Shown one piece after another: positions 1 through 7,581 of a stretch of DNA of 46,057 bases. The stretch's first letter is position 1. The number at the start of each line of letters is the position of its first letter. This stretch comes from Parasphingorhabdus sp. (lineage in GTDB: Bacteria; Pseudomonadota; Alphaproteobacteria; Sphingomonadales; Sphingomonadaceae): positions 1 through 46,057 of the forward strand of contig NZ_JBATHY010000032.1 of assembly GCF_049667325.1 (NCBI RefSeq). Reading direction: 5' to 3'. The position numbers and the translations under genes were made by a program. The notes beneath the pieces were generated by a model, which ran no database searches, was not told the DNA's origin, and saw only the letters and a program-made list of their open reading frames with translations.

Positions 1-54
1 GCTCGGCAGCGACTTTTCTGCCGGCGTTTTACTATGATTTTGAGTTTGGCTCAT
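1..54 (-). CDS. 5' end of a gene running off the left edge (MSQTQNHSKTPAEKSLPS...)
   Basis: ATG at 54 with GGGGA RBS 6 nt upstream; frame open to the window edge; sigma28-type promoter at 127-153. Confidence 0.55.
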   Translation of the reverse strand, partial: MSQTQNHSKTPAEKSLPS

Positions 55-126
55 GCTTGTTCCCCATTTTTAGGCTCTCGCAATTTGGGTTCCCGTTTCA
101 AAATGGGGTCACGTGGGCCGATATGA

Positions 127-153
127 ATGACGGTGATTTGGAGCATTAGTTAA
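127..153 (-). promoter_or_regulatory. sigma28 (FliA)-type promoter TTAA-N15-ACCGTCAT
   Basis: Same spacing and CCGT -10 core as the fliC and fliD upstream motifs. Confidence 0.55.
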
Positions 154-358
154 GGAACAAATCTCGTTGCAGCCGATGGCGGCGGGCTTAGCAATCTTCT
201 GTGCACGATAGTCACAGGGCAGAATTTTAGCTGAGAAGCTGAGAATATGCAGCCAATTCCCGGTCTCGAAGCTTTTACTGGTAAAAATAGGGCCGCAAAA
301 TTTCGCCGGATTACGCGCTAAGTGGCTGTTATAGCGAAATTGGTTCCGGCCGGGATGG

Positions 359-385
359 TTAATTTACCGCTGTTCGACCCGTTAT
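359..385 (+). promoter_or_regulatory. sigma28-type promoter TTAA-N15-CCCGTTAT for the response regulator/CHASE kinase pair
   Basis: Motif match 80 nt upstream of ATG 466. Confidence 0.55.
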
Positions 386-465
386 TACATCAAGACACGG
401 TCGTGGTCGGTTTGGCCAAAATCTAAAAACCTTATTTTCCAACGCGGACTTTCGCGGGAAATTCG

Positions 466-876
466 ATGACAAAGGAATTTGAAGTGGCGACAATCTTGTT
501 TGCGGATGATGATGCTTTGCTGGGCGATCTGGTTTTTCACAAGCTCGAGTCTTGCGGTCATAGCGTTACGGTTGTGGACAACGGATATAGCGTTCTGTCC
601 GCCGCACTTCGTGTGCGCCCTGACACTATCATTCTAGACAATCTCATGCCCGGCCTGACAGGACCGGAAGTCCTGCATAATCTCAAACGGGATGCCAGAA
701 CAACGGCGATACCCGTGCTGGTTCTGACGAACCAGACGAGCAGCAACGACATGGTGGATGCGTATCGGTCAGGCGCTGCAGACTATATGGAAAAGCCGTT
801 TTCACCACAAGATCTAGCCAACCGGATATCAACGTTGTTGGGTGCGCAGCAATATTTGCAACAAGTTGGGTTGTGA
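466..876 (+). CDS. single-domain response regulator (REC)
   Basis: ADDD acidic pocket, IILDNLMPG phospho-Asp, VLT, YMEKPF; no output domain. Confidence 0.9.
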   Translation: MTKEFEVATILFADDDALLGDLVFHKLESCGHSVTVVDNGYSVLSAALRVRPDTIILDNLMPGLTGPEVLHNLKRDARTTAIPVLVLTNQTSSNDMVDAYRSGAADYMEKPFSPQDLANRISTLLGAQQYLQQVGL

Positions 877-3179
877 TAGTGGAGCCCGTGTCCGAGCACA
901 CAGGTCTGGCAACAGGAGTTCAAGGCTTTTTCGCGCTAGACCGCACGGCCGTCATCACATTGGTTTTTGGAATAATTGTGCTGCTCAGTGTCACGGTCTT
1001 CTCCTGGAATTTGACCAAAACCACGACATACGAGCGAAACCTCGCGGCCTTTAACACCTTATCAAAGGATAGCGAGCAGGCACTTACCCACAGGATTGAA
1101 TCATATCGGCAATCGCTGGATAGCGGAGCCGCTTTGTTCGCGACGTCTGATCGCGTTACGTTGCAGGATTGGAAGACATTTGTCAGTATTCTAAAGATTG
1201 ATGAAACGCTGCCCGGGATCAACGGGATTGGCTATATCGAGCCGGTATTGAGATCAAGAAAAGGCGAGTATCTGGAAGATCTATCAGCCCGCGGTGTCAC
1301 TGGTGTCACCGTGCACCCGCAGACATCATGGGCTGAAATTTTATCAATTTCCTATATCGAGCCAATTTCGATCAACGAAGAAGCTGTCGGCCTTGATATT
1401 GGTTTCGAGACAAACCGTCGCTCGGCTGCCTACCGGGCAAGGGATGTCGGCAAGGCGACGATTACGAAGCGGATATTTCTTGTACAGGATAAAACAAAAA
1501 GCGCAGGATTTCTCTTGCTTCGACCGATTTACCACTCCGGTCGTTCGCTGACCTCCGTGGCGCGGAAGCGTGCCGCATTTCGAGGTTGGATATACGCACC
1601 ATTTGTAGCGTCCCGGTTCATGCAGGACCTGACCGCAAGTCAGGGCAGCAATTTCGACATCACCGTACATGACGGCGTTACCACAAATGAAGCCCAGTTG
1701 ATTTTCGCCAGCAAAGAAGTTTCCAGGCGGTCTCGGTCTCCTCAATATTCGGTGACCAAAACCCTGCCTATCATGGGGCAGCGATGGACGGTATCCTGGC
1801 ATAGCACACCCGAATTCGAAAGCAGTGTGGGAACACAGGAACCGATGTTCGTCATGGTTGGCGGATTGGCTCTCATTCTGGCCTTTTCGACGCTTGTAAT
1901 ATTCCATGCTCGGCGCGAAGCGTATGTTAAAGCGGAAGTCAAAAGCAAAACCCAGATACTGGTAGATAAAGAACGGGAGATTGTGAGCGCGTTGAATGTC
2001 GCCGAAGCTGCGACGGGTGCGAAGTCCAAATTTCTTGCCAATATGAGTCACGAAATTCGTACTCCGATGAATGGTGTTATCGGCTTCACCCAATTGTTGG
2101 ACGATGGAACTCTGAACGATACCCAGCAGAAATATGTCAGGCTGATATCTGATTCCGGGTCCTCGATGATGACCTTGCTCAATGATATCCTGGATATTTC
2201 GAAAGTAGATTCCGGGACGATGGCGATTTCGCCGGAACCGTCCGATGTCCGTCATCTGCTGAATAGTTGTGTGAAGCTGTTTTCCCCGAACGCGGAAGAA
2301 AAACAGCTGACACTCTTGATGGATCTCGACAAAAACCTGCCGCGCTGGGTGAAGGTGGACGGGTTCCGGTTGCGTCAGATTGTGATGAACTTGTTGGCGA
2401 ACGCGATAAAATTTACTGAATCCGGATATATTACGATATCGGCCGTAATTACCGAAACTCCTCAGTCCGGGCAAGCCGATGCCTGTCGTTCAGAATTGCA
2501 TATATCTGTATCCGACACCGGAGCAGGCATTGCCCCCGATCGCCAAGCCGCGATCTTTGAACCGTTCATTCAGGCGGATGATTCAACCGCAAGAAAATAT
2601 GGCGGCAGCGGATTGGGTTTGACGATTAGCAAACAGCTTGTCGAGCTGATGGGCGGCTCGATTCAAATGATAAGTCATCTTGGTCGTGGTTCGGAATTCA
2701 CTGTCAAAATTCCGGTGGACAGATTTGACGAGGAAGCCGACGAAAATCTCGTAAAAATTCCGACGAATCTGTTAGCCCGATGCGAAAATGCAGGAATCGT
2801 GAAACGCATTCTGGTCGCGGAAGATCATGATGTGAACCAGGCGCTGATTGGAGAAATGCTCACAAAACTAGGCTATGATCATGATCTCGCTGTTGATGGT
2901 GCGGAGGCGGTCGCGATGATCCGAAAAGCGGTTATGGAAGAAAAGCAATATGACTTGGTTTTGATGGATTTACAGATGCCTTATGTCGATGGCATCAAAG
3001 CAACCCGCATGGTTCGTGGTCACGGAATCGACGCAAACGCGCTCCCCATCGTAGCGCTAACCGCAATCGCGTTTGACCAGGACGTTGACCGTTGCATTGA
3101 AGCTGGAATGCAAGCACATCTAGCGAAGCCGCTGGCAATGGAGGATTTGAAGAAAATAGTATTCAATTGGGCCACTTAA
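873..3179 (+). CDS. CHASE-domain hybrid sensor histidine kinase (TM-CHASE-TM-HisKA-HATPase-REC)
   Basis: Two TM helices flanking LPGINGIGY...YIEP..N..AVGLD (CHASE); FLANMSHEIRTPMNG H-box; N, G1 (DTGAGI), F and G2 (GGSGLGL) boxes; C-terminal DLVLMDLQMP...KP receiver; GTGA overlap with the regulator. Confidence 0.93.
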   Translation: MIVEPVSEHTGLATGVQGFFALDRTAVITLVFGIIVLLSVTVFSWNLTKTTTYERNLAAFNTLSKDSEQALTHRIESYRQSLDSGAALFATSDRVTLQDWKTFVSILKIDETLPGINGIGYIEPVLRSRKGEYLEDLSARGVTGVTVHPQTSWAEILSISYIEPISINEEAVGLDIGFETNRRSAAYRARDVGKATITKRIFLVQDKTKSAGFLLLRPIYHSGRSLTSVARKRAAFRGWIYAPFVASRFMQDLTASQGSNFDITVHDGVTTNEAQLIFASKEVSRRSRSPQYSVTKTLPIMGQRWTVSWHSTPEFESSVGTQEPMFVMVGGLALILAFSTLVIFHARREAYVKAEVKSKTQILVDKEREIVSALNVAEAATGAKSKFLANMSHEIRTPMNGVIGFTQLLDDGTLNDTQQKYVRLISDSGSSMMTLLNDILDISKVDSGTMAISPEPSDVRHLLNSCVKLFSPNAEEKQLTLLMDLDKNLPRWVKVDGFRLRQIVMNLLANAIKFTESGYITISAVITETPQSGQADACRSELHISVSDTGAGIAPDRQAAIFEPFIQADDSTARKYGGSGLGLTISKQLVELMGGSIQMISHLGRGSEFTVKIPVDRFDEEADENLVKIPTNLLARCENAGIVKRILVAEDHDVNQALIGEMLTKLGYDHDLAVDGAEAVAMIRKAVMEEKQYDLVLMDLQMPYVDGIKATRMVRGHGIDANALPIVALTAIAFDQDVDRCIEAGMQAHLAKPLAMEDLKKIVFNWAT

Positions 3180-3500
3180 TGCCTACTCATAAGCCCGAAC
3201 TTCCTGATCTTATAGACGCGGTCATATTAAAATGACGGCCTGTTCACTCGGCGCCGGCGACCCTTGCAGGGCGCGTGTGAATTTGTTCGCTTTGTTTAAC
3301 GTTTTGAACTGTGGCCGGTTCATGTCATTCGGGTCCTCGGACCGTCTATCGTAACGGCACCATCGTCTCTCCGCTTACGCGTTTTTTAATGGATGAAGGC
3401 CGAAAGCCTTGAGCTTTGGCCGTTGAATAGAAAATTTTGGCTGGCGTATTGGTCGCCGAACTTTCAGATATCGCGAAGGTTCATGTGGTCGCTTTTTCCC

Positions 3501-3668
3501 TCAGCCATCGGAAGATGCGTCTGGAGCAGCGGTCGCACTGAGAGCATCCAAAGCCTCGACTATTTTCAAGGCCGGCAGAAAGAGACGCTGTTTGTCGAGC
3601 TCGGACAGTATCTCTTCAAGAGTGCTAATGACCTCATCTTTCTCATGCTTTTTGTTATCGTCGGTCAT
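3501..3668 (-). CDS. 55-aa microprotein A (MTDDNKKHEKDEVISTLEEILSELDKQRLFLPALKIVEALDALSATAAPDASSDG)
   Basis: Translated by hand, below the ORF-track cutoff; AAGGA RBS; upstream sigma28 motif; ungapped 13/31 identity with microprotein B at 7414-7581. Confidence 0.75.
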   Translation of the reverse strand: MTDDNKKHEKDEVISTLEEILSELDKQRLFLPALKIVEALDALSATAAPDASSDG

Positions 3669-3740
3669 TCGAATGTTCCTTCATCAAATTCAATTCATCA
3701 ACGTTTTGCGGATTGCCACGATGAGATCGGCAGTTCTTGG

Positions 3741-3767
3741 TTAACGGTATAGTGCGATAAAAATTAA
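3741..3767 (-). promoter_or_regulatory. sigma28-type promoter TTAA-N15-ACCGTTAA for microprotein A
   Basis: -35, spacer length and -10 identical to the fliC promoter motif at 28576-28602. Confidence 0.7.
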
Positions 3768-3867
3768 TCTTGTTTGTTCGATCCGCATGCGCATGATTTT
3801 TTGCTTTGAATCCATACTTTGTATTCTATTCAATTGTACCGAGCTGGTTGCGTTCACTGCATCGCGA

Positions 3868-4419
3868 ATGTATGGTGAACGAGATATTTATGGGGCAGAA
3901 ATTTTGGAAGATATCGCGCTAGAATCATCGCGTGTCGCGAAGCTGACTGCGAAGCAGCGAGAATGCTTGCATTTGGTGGTGCTACGAAAATCCTCGAAGG
4001 AAATTGCCCGGATTCTGGAGATTTCCAAACCGGCTGTAGATCAACGCCTGATCGGTGCGCGCAGAGTGCTGGGAGCGGCTACACGCGATGAGGCCGCTTT
4101 GATCTATGCCCGGGCCTCCGGGACCTATGATCGGATACTATACGATCCGGTAGGTGTTCCCTTCGATGATAGTTTCGGTTCACAAGGACCTCAGGACGAG
4201 CGGTCAAATTCTGTTATGCTCGAAGAAGTATCAAGCACTTATGACATTGATACTGCGCATGACACGAATTTTTGGTCGCAAATCCAGAAGGAGCCGGGAG
4301 GTTCACTGGGAACTGGTCAGAGGATTGCCATCATAGTTGTTTTGACGATCGGAATCTTGGCAGTTGTTTTGATTGGTTTGTCAGTCTCTCAGTCTCTTTC
4401 TAGTCTGTTGGCGGCTTAA
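3868..4419 (+). CDS. LuxR-type HTH regulator with a C-terminal transmembrane helix (start uncertain: 3787, 3868 or TTG 3904)
   Basis: LTAKQRECLHLV...SSKEIARILEISKPAVDQRL...LGA LuxR HTH at the N-terminus; hydrophobic IAIIVVLTIGILAVVLIGL near the C-terminus. Confidence 0.85.
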   Translation: MYGERDIYGAEILEDIALESSRVAKLTAKQRECLHLVVLRKSSKEIARILEISKPAVDQRLIGARRVLGAATRDEAALIYARASGTYDRILYDPVGVPFDDSFGSQGPQDERSNSVMLEEVSSTYDIDTAHDTNFWSQIQKEPGGSLGTGQRIAIIVVLTIGILAVVLIGLSVSQSLSSLLAA

Positions 4420-4483
4420 ACAGCCACTGGGCTCTCTTATTTTTGAAACATCAAAAATCCGCGATTTGCGGGAAGGAAAAACT

Positions 4484-4822
4484 ATGTCTTATCAAATCAA
4501 GATTGCAACTGATCAGATCAAACAAGATGTACCCCTGACAGAAGCATCGATCGACGAAGCCCTAATCTCAGTATCTAACTTGATGTCCACTTTAGTGCGG
4601 GCGCGCCTGGACACGGGTGTTCCAGCCGCGACAGGGCAGATTGCCGTTCGCAGATTGGCAAAAGCGCAAATGGCGCTCGTCGAGGCCAGCAGCGACGTCC
4701 TGAGAGTGCACGGTGAGCTTGCTAAAGTCGGCCGAGAATATGCTGGCTTGGATGTGCACGAAACCTGCCCACCGGCTCAAGCGTCTGCTGCCAAAGGTAA
4801 ATTGCTTTCTGTTGCCGCTTAA
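4484..4822 (+). CDS. 112-aa hypothetical helical protein with a ...ETCPP...LSVAA tail
   Basis: Strong GGAAGGA RBS before ATG 4484 (MSYQIK...); amphipathic helical pattern; collinear with neighbours. Confidence 0.8.
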   Translation: MSYQIKIATDQIKQDVPLTEASIDEALISVSNLMSTLVRARLDTGVPAATGQIAVRRLAKAQMALVEASSDVLRVHGELAKVGREYAGLDVHETCPPAQASAAKGKLLSVAA

Positions 4823-4868
4823 GCGATCAGTGGTTGACTGAAATGCTTGAGGATGTTCCATCTAGACC

Positions 4869-5309
4869 ATGCGAACTTTCGTCTATTTCCTCTTCCTCGG
4901 TGCGATTTGCGCTTACGCGCTGTATCGGGGAGGAGGGCCAGAACGTTGGGCTGCGTGTATCGTCGTCGGTATGTTGGTACTGGATCCTGCGGTTCATTTG
5001 GTTACTCCGCTTGAATACGCCACTCTGGACCCCGGGCACCTGGTTATCGATTTGGCGGCGTGGGCCGGTTTTTTCGCGATCGCGCTTCGCGCTAACCGGT
5101 TTTGGCCGCTATGCGTAGTTTCGCTTCAGACAATAGCGCTGGTGGCTCATACGGCAAAGCTGCTCGATGTGACGATACACCCAAAAGCCTATATGATCAT
5201 GCAAATCGCTTCTTCTTATCCGTTGCTGGCCGTTCTGATGATCGGCACATACTTCCACCAGAAAAGATTGAGAGCCATCGGGACAGATATGTCCTGGCGC
5301 AGCTCATAG
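4869..5309 (+). CDS. 146-aa integral membrane protein (~5 TM, RGGGPER motif), function unknown
   Basis: Five hydrophobic segments; GAGGA upstream; polar residues D, Q and H inside predicted TM segments. Confidence 0.8.
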   Translation: MRTFVYFLFLGAICAYALYRGGGPERWAACIVVGMLVLDPAVHLVTPLEYATLDPGHLVIDLAAWAGFFAIALRANRFWPLCVVSLQTIALVAHTAKLLDVTIHPKAYMIMQIASSYPLLAVLMIGTYFHQKRLRAIGTDMSWRSS

Positions 5310-5878
5310 AGATTGTTGCACCGGTCGATGCCCGCCGACTCTCCAATGAACTGTTAGACGAATTTGGTTCGATTGGTCGCATGCTTGGTGAATCGGAAGC
5401 CGCTTTGCTGAGAGTTCTCGGGACCAATAGGGCAGTAGTAAGGCTCCTCAAGGCAACCGAAAAATTCATGCTCGCCAATCTGCAAAACGAATTGCCACGG
5501 AAGTTGATTTCAGCCACCGATCGAAGACTTATCAAATATCTACAAGCACGCATGGGCTCGCGCACCACCGAGATAATGCGTGTGATGTTCTTGGATAGCT
5601 CAAACCACCTCTTGGGTGATCAGGAGTTTGGCGCTGGTTCTCCCCGACGAATGTTTGTCCAACCCCGGAGTATTCTGAAACGCGCGCTGGAACTCGATGC
5701 GAGCGGCATTATCCTAGCGCACAATCATCCTGGTGGGAGCGTCACGCCGAGCAACTCGGATATCGAGTTCACAAGGTCTATCAAATCGCTGTGTGCGGAG
5801 CTCGAAATTCGATTGCACGATCATATTATTATCACAAACGATCGCTGGACCAGCTTTAGAAAGTTGAAAATAATATGA
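5111..5878 (+). CDS. RadC-like JAB/MPN-domain protein (start uncertain, overlaps the upstream gene)
   Basis: E...FLD...RALE..A..IILAHNHPGGSVTPSNSD...LHDHII; intact JAMM motif HxH-x7-S-x2-D; N-terminal LLDEFGSIGRML RadC-like helix. Confidence 0.88.
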   Translation: MRSFASDNSAGGSYGKAARCDDTPKSLYDHANRFFLSVAGRSDDRHILPPEKIESHRDRYVLAQLIEIVAPVDARRLSNELLDEFGSIGRMLGESEAALLRVLGTNRAVVRLLKATEKFMLANLQNELPRKLISATDRRLIKYLQARMGSRTTEIMRVMFLDSSNHLLGDQEFGAGSPRRMFVQPRSILKRALELDASGIILAHNHPGGSVTPSNSDIEFTRSIKSLCAELEIRLHDHIIITNDRWTSFRKLKII

Positions 5879-6246
5879 CCCTTGAGGTGGAAGCCAACTA
5901 TATCGATCTTGCGAAATCCGAACTTCGGAACCAACGGCAACGACATCTGTATTTCCTGAATTCCCATATCTTCGGTGATCCGGCTTGGGAACTCGTGCTT
6001 GAAGCATTTATCGCATCGAGCGATAACAGATGTGTGGCCCTATCGGATTTGAGCGATGATTTGCGTAAACCCGCTCCAATAGTCACCAGATTGGCGATGA
6101 TTTTGGAAGCGGAGGGATATGTAGAGCGTTGTCGTTCGCACAACAATCGGGATCTGCGGTGCTTCAAGTTGACGGTGGATGCCGTTGCATGGTGTGAACA
6201 ATGTTTGGACCTGAAACCGGACGACAACGATTTTCATAATAACTGA
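5875..6246 (+). CDS. MarR-like winged-helix protein (FGDPAW family)
   Basis: R..F....FGDPAWELVL...LEAEGYVER.....RD...KLT pattern; ATGA overlap with the JAB gene. Confidence 0.75.
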   Translation: MTLEVEANYIDLAKSELRNQRQRHLYFLNSHIFGDPAWELVLEAFIASSDNRCVALSDLSDDLRKPAPIVTRLAMILEAEGYVERCRSHNNRDLRCFKLTVDAVAWCEQCLDLKPDDNDFHNN

Positions 6247-6325
6247 TTGTCACAAACCTCCCGCTGACCCAATATGAGGCTTGGATGTTCATATCGGAAC
6301 ATCGAGCTCAGTTTCGGGAATGATA

Positions 6326-6922
6326 ATGGAATTTACGTATAAAGAGATTCAAGAAATTCTGGCGCAGAAGCATCGTATTGCCCATGCCAATCAGACCGCG
6401 TTCCGAGGTAGAATCCAGCATATGCAGCGGCTCGGTTTCCCGACCGGTGTTAATACGGGGAAGGGGAAGCGTGTTTCCTATACTTGGCGGGAGCTATTGC
6501 TCATGGCGCTGGCTTTTGAATATCTGGAAATAGGTTCGACGCCGGATCGCTCGATCGCGGAAATTATCAAGATCGAAGATATGCTATTGGCTGGGCTTTC
6601 CAAGGTAATTCTGGCCACCGAACAACCCGATGGTTCCGATCAAAGCAAACATTTCCTTTTCGCGGAACTGTCGGCCTTATTGACGTTGAAGGCTGAAGAT
6701 AGCTGGCACCAGCAATGTAAGATATTATCTTTCGCAGATATCACGGAGATTTTGTCTGTTGATGGAAACGACGCCTATCGATCCCCCTATGCAATAGTTG
6801 ATTTGCGACAGTTTCTGGGTGGAATTTTTACGAGTGTTTTAGATATCTGCGGACTCAATAATCAGATTATCGCGAAGGACATCAAATCGTGGGCCACGAG
6901 ACAATTGTCTATTGAGCTTTAG
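6326..6922 (+). CDS. hypothetical protein with a putative N-terminal MerR-like DNA-binding fold
   Basis: FRGRIQHMQRLGFPTGVNTGKGKRVSYTWRELLLMALAFE basic wing-like motif; GGGAA RBS before ATG 6326 (track start TTG 6281). Confidence 0.7.
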   Translation: MEFTYKEIQEILAQKHRIAHANQTAFRGRIQHMQRLGFPTGVNTGKGKRVSYTWRELLLMALAFEYLEIGSTPDRSIAEIIKIEDMLLAGLSKVILATEQPDGSDQSKHFLFAELSALLTLKAEDSWHQQCKILSFADITEILSVDGNDAYRSPYAIVDLRQFLGGIFTSVLDICGLNNQIIAKDIKSWATRQLSIEL

Positions 6923-6995
6923 CATCCTTGCTTCTCATGCGGTCAAGATAGACCTAGATCGTGGTATATGAATCCAGCAAAATTGAAGTGACGGC

Positions 6996-7022
6996 TTAGG
7001 CACTCCCCGTTTTTACCGTCCT
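6996..7022 (+). promoter_or_regulatory. possible sigma28-type promoter TTAG-N15-ACCGTCCT
   Basis: Near match to the local motif, 40 nt upstream of ORF 7062. Confidence 0.35.
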
Positions 7023-7061
7023 TGATCCTGAGACAGAGATTTTACGTCAGTCTCGGAGGGG

Positions 7062-7382
7062 TTGGTCGTCATCTTACAGCATTTTGCTTCGTATGCGATT
7101 GTTCCGGCGTTCAGATTGATCGTGGTTTCTGTGCTATCGCTTGTGATTTGTGTGTACGGTCCTGGCGGGCGAACAAAGGCTGCCGATCGCACCGGTGTCG
7201 TCTCAGCAGGTGCCGAAGCCAAAGCCATTATCCAACGCCGGGTCGAATTGAGACAAGATGGATCAATCAAATCCGACCTTTTGGACGGTTACCAATTGAT
7301 ACAAGTGGACGCACATGAATGTGATCCGGAAACTCGCCGGATAGAAGCGGAGTGCGTTTTCCTGATTTACGAAATTCAATAA
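7062..7382 (+). CDS. small hypothetical exported or membrane-anchored protein with a C-terminal Cys pair
   Basis: GGAGG upstream; hydrophobic LIVVSVLSLVICVY segment; HECD...ECVF near the C-terminus. Confidence 0.55.
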   Translation: MVVILQHFASYAIVPAFRLIVVSVLSLVICVYGPGGRTKAADRTGVVSAGAEAKAIIQRRVELRQDGSIKSDLLDGYQLIQVDAHECDPETRRIEAECVFLIYEIQ

Positions 7383-7413
7383 TGCTCAATGCGAACCGAT
7401 ATTTGTCGGTTTA

Positions 7414-7581
7414 TCAGTCAGTTTTCTTGCCCGCTGATTGATCCGTCTGGATCTGTTGCAATGCATTGATCGCCTCTTCGACTTTGATTGCCGGAATCGC
7501 GAATTCATTTTCATCGAGAAACTTCAAAATATCCTGAAGCTTCTCAATCAGCGCATGCACATCGATATTCCCACTCGTCAT
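7414..7581 (-). CDS. 55-aa microprotein B (MTSGNIDVHALIEKLQDILKFLDENEFAIPAIKVEEAINALQQIQTDQSAGKKTD); alternative start at 7593
   Basis: Translated by hand; double stop TGA TAA; clear paralogue of microprotein A. Confidence 0.72.
   Translation of the reverse strand: MTSGNIDVHALIEKLQDILKFLDENEFAIPAIKVEEAINALQQIQTDQSAGKKTD

Noticed and set aside
1344..2474. 376-aa minus-strand ORF
   Set aside because: Antisense shadow of the CHASE kinase with no recognisable motifs; the same applies to the many shadow ORFs across the flagellar genes
3393..3752. 119-aa plus-strand ORF
   Set aside because: No RBS or motif; antisense to microprotein A, which has an RBS, a promoter motif and a paralogue
5255..5275. 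Canonical -1 slippery heptamer joining the membrane and JAB frames
   Set aside because: CAG AAA AGA does not fit X XXY YYZ; frameshifting remains only an unsupported option
5111..5878. JAB gene as part of CBASS, Pycsar or Bil antiphage systems
   Set aside because: RadC-type sequence, with no nucleotide cyclase, E1/E2, ubiquitin-like or effector genes nearby
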